From NCBI GenBank assembly GCA_964617735.1, contig CAZTXT010000001.1, positions 78,260 to 136,337 on the forward strand: a DNA stretch of 58,078 bases. Direction: 5' to 3'. Numbering within the stretch: the stretch's first letter is position 1; every line of letters starts with the position of its first letter. This DNA comes from an uncultured Candidatus Saccharibacteria bacterium (GTDB lineage Bacteria; Patescibacteriota; Minisyncoccia; Phycocordibacterales; DSPV01). Both the position numbers and the translations under genes were made by a program. The notes beneath the pieces were generated by a model that saw nothing but the letters and a program-made list of their open reading frames with translations, searched no databases and was not told the DNA's origin. This document shows, one piece after another, positions 1-9,072 of the stretch.

Positions 1-34
1 AACAATCGGCACAAATAAATTTGTGCCGATTGTT
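1..34. repeat. Perfect 16-bp inverted repeat (terminator or REP-like hairpin) downstream of tRNA-Arg
   Basis: AACAATCGGCACAAAT-AA-ATTTGTGCCGATTGTT read directly; lies 5 nt past the tRNA 3' end on the - strand. Confidence 0.8.
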
Positions 35-39
35 CTTTA

Positions 40-111
40 TCCCCCCGCGAGGAATCGAACCTCGATCAACGGCTTAGAAGTCCGCTGTTCTATCCATTGA
101 ACTACGAGGGG
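40..111 (-). tRNA. tRNA-Arg (anticodon TCT)
   Basis: Cloverleaf on - strand: CCCCTCG acceptor, loop CTTCTAA, GGTTCGATTCC T-arm. Confidence 0.95.
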
Positions 112-204
112 TAGTTTATCATCATGCGGGATAAAAGGTGCGCGGGCAAGTTGAACTACGAGGGCGTCTGTACATCCTACTCGACACATATTCCCTGTAC
201 AGGC

Positions 205-519
205 CTATCGAGAAGGATCCGCGGGAATCGGAAAATCGCTGACACGCATCGCATTCTGCCTTCCCTCATAATACTGCACAATGCGCGTGATGGTTTCCTG
301 GGAAAGGATCTCGGGAGTCGAAGTCGCCACATCTCCCTGTGAGGGCGATCCTTGAGCTAAAAAATCATTCGTGTATATGGTCAAGGAGAATAGACTTGCG
401 AGGACAGTACACACCAGAAAGCCGAACAGCATCAGACGCCAATCGCGGGCACGGTCATTCCCGAGCGGGTACCGAATGCCGCTGAATGAAAAATGAAGAT
501 TTTTGATTTTCTGGAACAT
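205..519 (-). CDS. Single-TM hypothetical protein, last gene of the pilMNO-like operon
   Basis: ATG at 519 overlaps the upstream stop; one hydrophobic segment; operon context. Confidence 0.6.
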   Translation of the reverse strand: MFQKIKNLHFSFSGIRYPLGNDRARDWRLMLFGFLVCTVLASLFSLTIYTNDFLAQGSPSQGDVATSTPEILSQETITRIVQYYEGRQNAMRVSDFPIPADPSR

Positions 520-1076
520 TACTTCTGTTTTAATACCAAAAGGCTGATATCGGCCTGCCATGACGCGCTACCCTTTTCCTCTTCGATCTTTTGCAAAGTC
601 ACCCGCGTGATGCTCGAACGATACGGCAGTCTCTCAAGGAGACCCAGGAATCGGTAGGAATTCTGCCACGATCCTTTGGTCGAGAGCGAAACCGACAGCG
701 CTTCCCATTTAGAAGATTCCAAACCCTCCCAGCTCGCGTCGGTGACCGAGTTGGTCTGGCTCTCAAGATTCGTGCTCGTCGCCAGATGCTCAAGCTCTTC
801 GAGAAAGTCCACGACACGGTCAGAGGTTAGAAAGAACGTACCGATCGTAAGCTGTTCTGATTTCGTATCTGCAAGCAGGGCTTTGATCTCGGAAGCGCTC
901 AACTGCTCCGCTTGAGCTTCCTGGGCTTCGCGCTCGGACTGGTCCACCGCATTTTGCGCGTACTGATGTCCCCAGTACACGCCGAAGTACAGCAGGGCCA
1001 TAAGGCCCGCGACGACACAGGCAATGATGAGTTTGGTTTTGGTATTCGATCGTTCGAACATGCTATTTCTTCTCAA
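519..1076 (-). CDS. PilO-like type IV pilus assembly protein
   Basis: N-terminal TM, coiled segment, C-terminal alpha/beta domain; follows pilM and pilN-like genes. Confidence 0.65.
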   Translation of the reverse strand: MRRNSMFERSNTKTKLIIACVVAGLMALLYFGVYWGHQYAQNAVDQSEREAQEAQAEQLSASEIKALLADTKSEQLTIGTFFLTSDRVVDFLEELEHLATSTNLESQTNSVTDASWEGLESSKWEALSVSLSTKGSWQNSYRFLGLLERLPYRSSITRVTLQKIEEEKGSASWQADISLLVLKQK

Positions 1077-1608
1077 TGGTTAAGGTCATCGAAAAATCAA
1101 TGTGATCTTTCTTGCTCAAGTTAGAAATGGGAAGCTCCACCGTAGTGAACAATCCGCTATCCGTGAGATTCTTTGAAAAAGAGACCAGTGCCTCCCTCGA
1201 ACTTGAGATGCCAGAAATAACTATCCGTTCGGTTTTTTCGCCGTCATACGCCGCAACAAAACTGTTGAGGGCAAGGCCGGCAGGCTTTTGCGCCAAAATC
1301 TGGCCGATCAGTCCGGAAAATGAACCGGTTTCTTTGATCCGATTAGGGTCGAGCACGCGGAGCATATCTTTGAATTGCTGGACATCTTTCGCCGCCACCT
1401 TCTCCTCATCGGTCTGTTCATGGGAGATTGGTGCGCTAGCTTTATCGAGTGAGAAGTAGCTCACCGCGAGAGAAAAAACGCGGGGGACCATGACTACCGT
1501 GCCGATCGCGAGAGAGAGACTTACGAAGAAGAGCGCGACGATGAGAAAACGAAGACGGTATTCTCGCAGTGCCAGCGCGCGCGCGTTTTCAGGAAGAAGG
1601 TTTATCAT
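1063..1608 (-). CDS. PilN-like type IV pilus assembly protein
   Basis: MINLLP start motif typical of PilN, one TM helix, directly after pilM. Confidence 0.75.
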   Translation of the reverse strand: MINLLPENARALALREYRLRFLIVALFFVSLSLAIGTVVMVPRVFSLAVSYFSLDKASAPISHEQTDEEKVAAKDVQQFKDMLRVLDPNRIKETGSFSGLIGQILAQKPAGLALNSFVAAYDGEKTERIVISGISSSREALVSFSKNLTDSGLFTTVELPISNLSKKDHIDFSMTLTIEKK

Positions 1609-2693
1609 TTCTCGTTGAGTGAAAGCCCGATAACCGACGCGAAGGAAAGTGAGTCTTTCCTGGAGATCGGGGGAATATAAGAATCGAGGGAAAGTGCATT
1701 CGCCCAGACATTGGCAAGCTCGGCGCGCATACTCAAACTCGCCTCGAAGTATTCGGGGAGCCCCTGTAGGCTCGACTCCTTGCCACAGAGCACGACGCGC
1801 GTGATCTTTTGTTTAACATCGGAATAGCGCTCGATATGAGTTTCCCAATAGCTGGAAATCTTTTCGACTTCATCGCGCAGGGCAGAGAGTGTGCTCACCA
1901 GAGACGAGAACAGCGCTGCATTCTCCTTTTTGCCGCTGATGCCACGCTCCTCTTTTATTTTTTCCGCTTCTTTGGCGCTGACCGAGAAATATTTTCGTAT
2001 CGCTTCAGTGAACGAATCGCCTCCTACCAACACCGTCGAGGTGAAATGGACTACCCGATCTGATACCAGATAGAGTCCCGTTTTCTCCTTCCCGAAATTA
2101 ACGACGATGACCGGCGCGCGGTCCGCGTGCGGTATGATCGCGTTGACAATCGCTTGCGCCGAGACCTGGAATGAAACCGGCGTGAGCTTCGCCGAAGTGA
2201 AAAAATCGAGGTACCGCTCAACGATGAGCCGCGGCACTACGGAGACGCTTACCGCCACACGATCGCCCGGAAGGACATTCACGATCTGATAATCGAACAC
2301 CGCCTCGCGCGGAGGTATCGGCACATATTCTTCCAGTTTGAGCTCCAAACTTTCCCGCATCTCCTCGGGAGAAACACTCGGCACTTCTGCGCGGAAGATA
2401 TACGTCTTCTCCTCGGGGAGCGCGACGCTCACCAAGTTCAATTTATGGCGCTCTCTGATATCGGAAAGGAGTCCCCGTAGGGCCTCTCCGGAGGGAAAAT
2501 TCTCCTCGTCGACAGCCTGCTCGGGCACCTCATAGCTTCCGTACCTTCCGATCCGGTGTCCGCCGCCCGTTTCGAGGAGTTCGAGGAATCGCACGGTATC
2601 AGGAGTTATTTCCATGCCCACCGAAGCGAGCGTGAGAAATCCCGGAGTAGGAAAATACTTCAATATGCCGCTATGGAGGCTATGATGGGACAT
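1605..2693 (-). CDS. pilM: Type IV pilus assembly ATPase-like protein PilM
   Basis: Actin/FtsA-like motifs (GMEIT, VVNFGKEKT, VGGDSFTEAI, VLCGKES); start moved to ATG 2693, just after a TATACT -10. Confidence 0.85.
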   Translation of the reverse strand: MSHHSLHSGILKYFPTPGFLTLASVGMEITPDTVRFLELLETGGGHRIGRYGSYEVPEQAVDEENFPSGEALRGLLSDIRERHKLNLVSVALPEEKTYIFRAEVPSVSPEEMRESLELKLEEYVPIPPREAVFDYQIVNVLPGDRVAVSVSVVPRLIVERYLDFFTSAKLTPVSFQVSAQAIVNAIIPHADRAPVIVVNFGKEKTGLYLVSDRVVHFTSTVLVGGDSFTEAIRKYFSVSAKEAEKIKEERGISGKKENAALFSSLVSTLSALRDEVEKISSYWETHIERYSDVKQKITRVVLCGKESSLQGLPEYFEASLSMRAELANVWANALSLDSYIPPISRKDSLSFASVIGLSLNEK

Positions 2694-2731
2694 GACCGTG
2701 GCCTTAAGTATACCGCGGTTTGGGAGAATTG

Positions 2732-3325
2732 TTATGCGGACGGGCGGCGGATGAACTTGAACACCGCCGGCAAGAACGAGAGGATGATGATAGCCACGAT
2801 AATGGGAAGAATGTATTCCTCCGCATTGGGCAGCACCTCTCCGAGGTAGTATCCCATCGCACAGAGAAGGACGCTCCACATAACCGCGCCCGTGAGGTTG
2901 TAGACGAAGAAGGTCTTAAAATCCATGCTTCCGATACCGGCGATGATCGGCACAAAGGTCCGGACTATGGGGAGAAATCGGCCAAGTATCAAGGTCATCT
3001 TTCCGTGCTTTTCGTAGTAAGCTTGCGTTTGCAGCAGATGCTTTTTGTTGAAAAAGAGCGAGTCTTCGCGCGAAAAGAGCGCGTTCCCCACTTGCTTGCC
3101 AAAAGCATAGCCGACCAGCCCGCCCAGCGTCGCTGCGGACGCGGTGCCGAGGATAAGCATTGGAAAGCTCAAAAAACCTCGGGAGGCAAGAAGGCCTGCG
3201 GTGAACAACAGTGAATCGCCCGGGAAGAAAAACCCGAAGAAGATCCCGGACTCGATGAAAATAATAGCCAAAACCCCTATGAGGCCGACAGCTTTTATCA
3301 GAAAAAGCGGATCGAGGAAGTGCAT
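2732..3325 (-). CDS. DedA/VTT family membrane protein
   Basis: FIESGIFFGFFFPGDSLLFTAG and GRFLPIVRTFVP motifs. Confidence 0.92.
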   Translation of the reverse strand: MHFLDPLFLIKAVGLIGVLAIIFIESGIFFGFFFPGDSLLFTAGLLASRGFLSFPMLILGTASAATLGGLVGYAFGKQVGNALFSREDSLFFNKKHLLQTQAYYEKHGKMTLILGRFLPIVRTFVPIIAGIGSMDFKTFFVYNLTGAVMWSVLLCAMGYYLGEVLPNAEEYILPIIVAIIILSFLPAVFKFIRRPSA

Positions 3326-3328
3326 GGG

Positions 3329-3655
3329 TTATTGTACGAGACTGCCTTCCGTTATCGAAGCGTCGAGCGTCAGTAACGAAAGAGCGTCCGTATCTTTCGC
3401 CGCAAGGATCATCCCTTGGCTCTCAAGGCCCATCAGCGCACGCGGTTCGAGATTGAAAACGAACGCACACTTTTTCCCGATCATACTCGATAAGTCAGGA
3501 TAATGCTTGGCGATCCCCGCGATGATCTGCCGCTCGCCCAGTGCGCCGAAACTCACGGTGAGCTTGACGAGCTTCTCTGAAGTGGGCACGGGCTCTGCGG
3601 CCGCGATGCGTCCGACGCGGATCTCTATTTTTTTGAAATCTTCAATGGTTGCCAT
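3329..3655 (-). CDS. Stand-alone tRNA-binding OB-fold protein (MetG C-terminal/CsaA-like)
   Basis: IEDFKKIEIRVG...SEKL...RQIIAGI...NLEPRALMGLESQGMILAA; start moved to ATG 3655. Confidence 0.88.
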   Translation of the reverse strand: MATIEDFKKIEIRVGRIAAAEPVPTSEKLVKLTVSFGALGERQIIAGIAKHYPDLSSMIGKKCAFVFNLEPRALMGLESQGMILAAKDTDALSLLTLDASITEGSLVQ

Positions 3656-4034
3656 TATGGTGGCGGTCGAGATAGCTTTTGAGTATGAGCGCTGCAGCCG
3701 ATGCGTCATGCATCTCGTTCTTTCCTTGTATCCGCGCGGCCTGCGCGCTGGTATAAAACTCGGGCTCGAGATAGATCGGGATCGAAAGTTTCGCTTCAAG
3801 CGCCGATTTCAGCAGCATGATATCACGGAGCACTTCGTTCTCGCTCCCATCGAGATTGCGAGACTCCCCCAACACGACTGCATCCGCGGCTTTTTCGATA
3901 CAAAGCGCTTTGATGTCTTCGACTAAGTTCGGGCTGTTCTGCCAAACCGCATGCGGGAGTGCAAACTTCGCCTCGTTGTCGCTTATCGCGATGCCGACAC
4001 GCTTTCGTCCGTAATCGATGCCGATGAGTCGCAT
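3642..4034 (-). CDS. ruvX: Holliday junction resolvase-like YqgF/RuvX
   Basis: IGIDYGRKRVGIAISD, VVLG, EFYTS, DASAAALIL motifs. Confidence 0.92.
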   Translation of the reverse strand: MRLIGIDYGRKRVGIAISDNEAKFALPHAVWQNSPNLVEDIKALCIEKAADAVVLGESRNLDGSENEVLRDIMLLKSALEAKLSIPIYLEPEFYTSAQAARIQGKNEMHDASAAALILKSYLDRHHNGNH

Positions 4035-4171
4035 CGAGACATTCTAGCATACGGCGCTTTACTGCTTACGTCCGCCTACCAAAACTCCCTACAAAGAGAA
4101 CCATTTCCGCGCTTACCATAATGGGACATCTTTGCTCATCAATTACTCATTAAGAAGCGGGCATACTGACG

Positions 4172-4921
4172 ATGCATATGACACGATATCAAAAAATGCT
4201 CGTAGCAGTGGCTCTGGTCGCGTGGATATGGGCCGCTTGGCATCCGCTCTCACGGCGCGACTGGATGCTTGAGAACATTCCGATACTGATACTCGTCCCC
4301 TTGATACTGTTGCTTGGGCAATACTTCAAGTTCTCAAGCCTCTCGTATACGCTCATGGCCGTCTATGTAACACTGCACGTGATCGGTGGACACTATACGT
4401 ACTCTGAAGTTCCGTTCGGGTACACGCTCGCGCGATGGTTCGGCTCCAACCGCAATATCTATGATCGCCTCGTGCATTTTTCATTTGGCCTCTTATTCAC
4501 CTACCCCATACGCGAATTCTATGTGCGGCTCTCCAAAACAAAAGGGTTCTGGGGATACTATTTCCCCTTCGATGTCGTACTCGCGATCTCAGCCGCCTTT
4601 GAGATCATGGAGTGGCTCGTCGCAACGCACGTTGATACCGTTTTGGGACTCGCGTTCCTCGGAAGCCAGGGAGATATCTGGGACACACAGAAAGATATGC
4701 TCATGGCGGCCGTGGGATCCTTACTAGCGCTGGTTATCATTTTCTGCATCAATCGGATATTCGATAAAAACCATTTCAAGGATTTCTGGACAAGCCTAAG
4801 GATCCCGCTCGGCGACAAACCGATGGGAGAAGAAGGGCTCAAGCGTCTCATCAAGACGAATGGCAAAGGAAATGTTCCCGAATCCAACGAACCCCACGAT
4901 CCGCATCTTTCCGGACTTTAG
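4172..4921 (+). CDS. DUF2238 (YjdF-like) membrane protein
   Basis: DWMLEN, GGHYTYSEVP, RNIYDRLVHF, GSQGDIWDTQKDM motifs. Confidence 0.85.
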   Translation: MHMTRYQKMLVAVALVAWIWAAWHPLSRRDWMLENIPILILVPLILLLGQYFKFSSLSYTLMAVYVTLHVIGGHYTYSEVPFGYTLARWFGSNRNIYDRLVHFSFGLLFTYPIREFYVRLSKTKGFWGYYFPFDVVLAISAAFEIMEWLVATHVDTVLGLAFLGSQGDIWDTQKDMLMAAVGSLLALVIIFCINRIFDKNHFKDFWTSLRIPLGDKPMGEEGLKRLIKTNGKGNVPESNEPHDPHLSGL

Positions 4922-4948
4922 TTCGATTTGAGAGATAGCTCCGCCTCC

Positions 4949-5623
4949 CTATGACTGCTGTTTCCGCAAGAGTTTCTCGGCAAGCTGCCAATCACTCGGC
5001 TCATCGATATCGATCGCTTTATCTTCGGACATTAGATAAATGCCGATCTTTCCTCCGAGGCGATTGCGGTTCTGCTTGAGTATCTCTTTCTTGGTTAGAT
5101 AGAATGCGCCGTTCTCATTCACTACCCCTTCGAACTCCTGCCGCCGCGGCCGATTGAGGTAATCATAGTTGAGCGGCTTGCCGTCGGGCGTCCAATAGAA
5201 TTTCTTGTAGAGCACGCCGGTTAAGAGCGAGTCATGCCCGTTCTTAAAGAACAATTCAATGGCGGCATCCAAATCAAGAGCGGTAGTGAACGGAGAAGTC
5301 GCTTGGATCAGATTGAGAATGTCGAAATCAGGCACTTGCTCCATGAAGTGGAGCATGACGGACTCGGTGGACGAAGTGTCCTGCGCGAATTCTATCGGTC
5401 GATCGATGACGATAACGCCGAGATCAAATCCCAAAACCGTTTCCTTGATCTTCTGATCTTCGGTCGAGACATAGACTGCGTCTATGTACTTCGATTCCGT
5501 TGCCGCCTTGATCGTCCAGTAGACCAATGGCTTCCCTGCCATCAACTTGATGTTTTTGTACGGGATGGACTTTGATCCTCCCCGCACCGGAATGAGCGTT
5601 ACGATCTTTTTCTTCTTGAACAT
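4949..5623 (-). CDS. Acylneuraminate cytidylyltransferase (CMP-NeuAc synthetase family)
   Basis: IPVRGGSKSIPYKNIK...GKPL, QATSPF, ENGAFY, DIDEPSDW motifs. Confidence 0.88.
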   Translation of the reverse strand: MFKKKKIVTLIPVRGGSKSIPYKNIKLMAGKPLVYWTIKAATESKYIDAVYVSTEDQKIKETVLGFDLGVIVIDRPIEFAQDTSSTESVMLHFMEQVPDFDILNLIQATSPFTTALDLDAAIELFFKNGHDSLLTGVLYKKFYWTPDGKPLNYDYLNRPRRQEFEGVVNENGAFYLTKKEILKQNRNRLGGKIGIYLMSEDKAIDIDEPSDWQLAEKLLRKQQS

Positions 5624-5686
5624 ATTAGCCACAGTACCTTAAAACGAAATGTGAGACAAATCTATAGTGGACCGGGCACGATTTGT

Positions 5687-5710
5687 GGAGAGGGTGAGAT
5701 TCAAAAAATG
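5687..5710 (-). repeat. tRNA-Ser 3'-end remnant (att-like), left boundary of the guaA islet
   Basis: GGAGAGGGTGAGATTC matches the tRNA-Ser 3' end (7366-7381); the following AAAAAATG also occurs after the 7323 copy. Confidence 0.75.
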
Positions 5711-5751
5711 TACTTTCTAAATCACTTTGTTTGAGCATGTCTCTTTTAGTT

Positions 5752-7284
5752 TTACTCGTATTCGATAGTTGCAGGTGGTTTTTGGGTAATGTCGTAAAGC
5801 ACGCGATTTACTCCTCGTACTTTGCCGATAATCGTGCTTGAGATCTTTTCCAGCAGATTATTCGGGATTTTGTGCCAGTCGGCGCTCATACCATCAATCG
5901 AATCAACTGCATGAAGTGCGACGATGTATTCATAGGTTCGACCATCTCCCATAACACCTACCACTTTGACTGGAAGCAGGGCGACAAACGCTTGCCAAAT
6001 CTTTTCGTATTCTCCGGCTTTTCTCAATTCCTCGATAAATACAGCATCAGCTTCACGAAGAATCTGAAGCCGTTCTTCCGTAATTTCTCCGACAATCCGT
6101 ACTGCAAGACCTGGGCCTGGGAATGGATGTCTCAAGAGTAGTTCTGGTGGCAGTCCAAGTCTTAGACCAACGTGACGCACCTCATCTTTGTAGAGGTCTT
6201 TTATAGGCTCAAGGATTTTGAAGCCCATATTTTCAGGGAGAGTAAGATTATGGTGGCTTTTAATTTTCGCTGCGGTTTTAGAAGTTGAGGCAGATTCAAT
6301 ACGATCAGGATAGATCGTTCCTTGGGCTAAGTATGCTATCGGGTGCTTTTTGAGTTCATTCTTGATCGCTTTTTCAAAAACATCGATAAAGCTGTGCCCA
6401 ATTATTTTGCGTTTCTGCTCCGGATCAGAAATGCCCTTTAACCGTTTTAAGAAAAGGTGTCTTGCATCTATGACATGAAGTCTTTTGAAGCCAAGCTTGC
6501 GCAGATAGGAAGCTACTTGCTCAACCTCTCCTTTGCGTAGAAGTCCTGTATCCACAAATACTGCATGGAGATTGTTGCCAATAGCTCTGTGGATAAGCGT
6601 GGCGGCTACTAGAGAATCTACGCCACCAGAAATACCTACAACGATATGATTATCCCCAACCTCGCTTCTAACTTCCGCGATAATATTTTCAGTGACCGAG
6701 CTAATTTTCCAATTCTTTCTCGCTTTGCAAATTGAAAATAGGAAGTTCTTGAGCAACCTTTCTCCATGCTGGGTATGAGTAACTTCTGGATGGAACTGGA
6801 TACCGTAAAAATTGCGCTTTGAATCAGCAAAAGCTGCATATTTGCAGCCGGTAGTAGATGCTGTCTTTTTAAATCCTTCTGATAATACTGACACCTGATC
6901 GCCGTGTGAGAACCAGACAACTTCTTTCGAAGCTAGGCTTTCAAATATATCATTCTTGCTTTTAATATTTAGAATCTCCTTCCCAAATTCTCGATGCTGA
7001 CCTTTGTCCACTTTACCGCCGAGCATGTGAGCCATTACTTGATGGCCGTAGCAAATACCAAGAATGGGAACATTTAACCTAAAGATCTCTTTGTCTGGTC
7101 GAGGACTTCCTTTTTCCAATACCGACGCGGGACCTCCTGAAAGGAGGAGACCAATTGGATTATATTTCTGTATTTCTGACGCTGGAGTATCAAAAGGCAA
7201 AATCTCGGCTTTTACACCGAGATCCCGCACGCGCCTTGCTATGAGATGGGCAAACTGGCTTCCAAAGTTAAGGATTATGACCAT
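5752..7284 (-). CDS. guaA: GMP synthase (glutamine-hydrolysing)
   Basis: NFGSQ, LGICYG, QFHPEV, SGGVDS, QGTIYPD, KSHHN, RHPFPGPGLAVR, KPPATIEYE. Confidence 0.97.
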   Translation of the reverse strand: MVIILNFGSQFAHLIARRVRDLGVKAEILPFDTPASEIQKYNPIGLLLSGGPASVLEKGSPRPDKEIFRLNVPILGICYGHQVMAHMLGGKVDKGQHREFGKEILNIKSKNDIFESLASKEVVWFSHGDQVSVLSEGFKKTASTTGCKYAAFADSKRNFYGIQFHPEVTHTQHGERLLKNFLFSICKARKNWKISSVTENIIAEVRSEVGDNHIVVGISGGVDSLVAATLIHRAIGNNLHAVFVDTGLLRKGEVEQVASYLRKLGFKRLHVIDARHLFLKRLKGISDPEQKRKIIGHSFIDVFEKAIKNELKKHPIAYLAQGTIYPDRIESASTSKTAAKIKSHHNLTLPENMGFKILEPIKDLYKDEVRHVGLRLGLPPELLLRHPFPGPGLAVRIVGEITEERLQILREADAVFIEELRKAGEYEKIWQAFVALLPVKVVGVMGDGRTYEYIVALHAVDSIDGMSADWHKIPNNLLEKISSTIIGKVRGVNRVLYDITQKPPATIEYE

Positions 7285-7322
7285 GATAAATTATACCACT
7301 AAATTTATCTAAAAAAACCTTC

Positions 7323-7349
7323 TGGCGGAGAGGGTGAGATTCAAAAATG
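7323..7349 (-). repeat. tRNA-Ser 3'-end duplicate including CCA (att-like)
   Basis: The - strand reads GAATCTCACCCTCTCCGCCA, a copy of the tRNA-Ser 3' end about 20 nt downstream of the tRNA. Confidence 0.8.
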
Positions 7350-7364
7350 CATTTTGCTCCGGTG

Positions 7365-7451
7365 CGGAGAGGGTGAGATTCGAACTCACGGTCCCCTTGC
7401 GGAGACTCCGGTTTTCAAGACCGGTGCATTCGACCGCTCTGCCACCTCTCC
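7365..7451 (-). tRNA. tRNA-Ser (anticodon TGA)
   Basis: GGAGAGG acceptor, CCGGT-CTTGAAA-ACCGG anticodon arm, long variable arm, T-arm. Confidence 0.95.
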
Positions 7452-7622
7452 GCACCAGAGCAAAACTTATGAACAAACTCGCGCTTCCTTCTTTCTTTGA
7501 TAACCCATACGATGCATGTGCAGATAAGAGACTGGGTTGCTTAGCACTGCCGTTTAGAGACCTACCTCAATACCATACCACAAGCGGTAGCCCTTGAAAC
7601 AGACTTACAGTAGAATGAGCTG

Positions 7623-8087
7623 ATGCATAATGAAAAGGTGGCATGGCAGACGATCGAATATCAATATCAAGAAAAGAGTCATGAATGGTTCGTGGGGCTC
7701 GCTGTCATCGCCACCGCGCTCTTTATCGTTGCGGTACTCCTAAAGAATTTTCTTTTCGGCATCATCATTCTCGTCGGCGCATTCGCGATAATGCTCTCGG
7801 CGAAACGCCCGCCCGATGAGATCGAATACGAGATCAACCGCAGCGGTATCGTCAATCACAAGACGTTCTACCCCTACTCCTTCTTAGATTCTTTCTGGAT
7901 CGACAACACCAACCCAAGCTGGCAGAAGCTGATCGTAACGTCGAAAAAATTGCTCATGCCCATCATCGTCATCCCGCTGGGCGAACAGGACCCCGATGAA
8001 ATAAAAAATTTTCTCGCGAACTATCTTCCCGAAAAAGAGCAGTACGAGCCCCTCTCGCACCGCCTGTTTGAATATTTTGGATTCTAA
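7623..8087 (+). CDS. Conserved two-TM hypothetical protein (CPR-type, PH-like C-terminal domain)
   Basis: Clean ORF, TAGAAT immediately upstream, two TM helices. Confidence 0.7.
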   Translation: MHNEKVAWQTIEYQYQEKSHEWFVGLAVIATALFIVAVLLKNFLFGIIILVGAFAIMLSAKRPPDEIEYEINRSGIVNHKTFYPYSFLDSFWIDNTNPSWQKLIVTSKKLLMPIIVIPLGEQDPDEIKNFLANYLPEKEQYEPLSHRLFEYFGF

Positions 8088-8116
8088 GAGCCCTGTGGTA
8101 TCGTCTCTCTGCAGAC

Positions 8117-8188
8117 GCCCTCGTCGTTCAACGGATAGGACACAAGATTGCGGATCTTGTAATCGAGGTTCGATTCCTCGCGAGGGCA
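8117..8188 (+). tRNA. tRNA-Arg (anticodon GCG)
   Basis: GCCCTCG acceptor, CAAGA-TTGCGGA-TCTTG anticodon arm, GGTTCGATTCC. Confidence 0.93.
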
Positions 8189-8231
8189 TAGCAATATTAA
8201 CTCCAATGTTGTAAACGATAATAAATCTACA

Positions 8232-8513
8232 ATGAACATTGAATTTGTTCTAAGTGTTTTTGTAAGCATCTCTTCGCTCGCCTTGGTGTTGGTTGGTATT
8301 CCCGCTCAGATTGCTAAAAATTATAAAGAGAAACGATCTGGTCAGCCACTAACGACAATTCTGATTGCGTTGGCGTTCTACGCCTCACAAATTGCTTTCT
8401 TTTTTATTACCAAGACCTACCTTCCACTTTTGTCATTTTTGGCAGGATTCATTATGTGGGGAATTACCCTAATACAACACTTTCTATATAGAAATAGAAG
8501 TGTTTCCAAGTAA
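8232..8513 (+). CDS. PQ-loop/SemiSWEET-like three-TM protein
   Basis: 93 aa, three TM segments, IPAQIAKNYKEKRS resembling the PQ-loop motif; AT-rich. Confidence 0.6.
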   Translation: MNIEFVLSVFVSISSLALVLVGIPAQIAKNYKEKRSGQPLTTILIALAFYASQIAFFFITKTYLPLLSFLAGFIMWGITLIQHFLYRNRSVSK

Positions 8514-8611
8514 TCTATGTTAGACAAATATTGTTCCGGAATGCTTTTCAAAAACCATAATTCCCGGAATACCTGGTTTCAATTCAATCCCTTCAAGTGC
8601 ACCGATTAAAA

Positions 8612-8632
8612 ATGACGGGTGAAACCCGTCGT
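8612..8632. terminator. Hairpin between convergent genes
   Basis: GACGGGT-GAA-ACCCGTC. Confidence 0.5.
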
Positions 8633-8745
8633 CTTGAATTGGTCTACGGAATCGAAAGCCCCAGCGAGCAAAGGCGAGCGAGGCGGGTCGCAGGCGAGCC
8701 GAGCACGGCGAGACCAGTGACCGACTCCTCACGAGGGCAAAGAGT

Positions 8746-9015
8746 TTATTTCTTGACTGCTTTATTAACAAAGAGAACCAGACGGGATTTCATTCGCGAA
8801 GCAGCGTTCTTTTTTATATAATTGGTTTTTGCCGCTTTATCAATCGCCGCATAGGCCTGCGGGATGAGCTTAAGCGCCTCCTTGTGCTTCGTTTCCTTCA
8901 CTAGGTTCCGGATCTGTTTCTCGATAGCATCCATGGCATGCTTGCGGCGCAGATTGAAAACGCGCTTGCGCGCAGCTGAACGGATCGCTTTCTTCGCTGA
9001 ACTCGTAATTGCCAT
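8746..9015 (-). CDS. rpsT: 30S ribosomal protein S20
   Basis: MAITSSAKKAIR...AIDKAAK...IKKNAASRMKSRL. Confidence 0.96.
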   Translation of the reverse strand: MAITSSAKKAIRSAARKRVFNLRRKHAMDAIEKQIRNLVKETKHKEALKLIPQAYAAIDKAAKTNYIKKNAASRMKSRLVLFVNKAVKK

Positions 9016-9072
9016 AAGGACATCATCCTAACAGAAGTCGCTGGGCTTAGCAAATTCTGCTATGCTCTAGAC

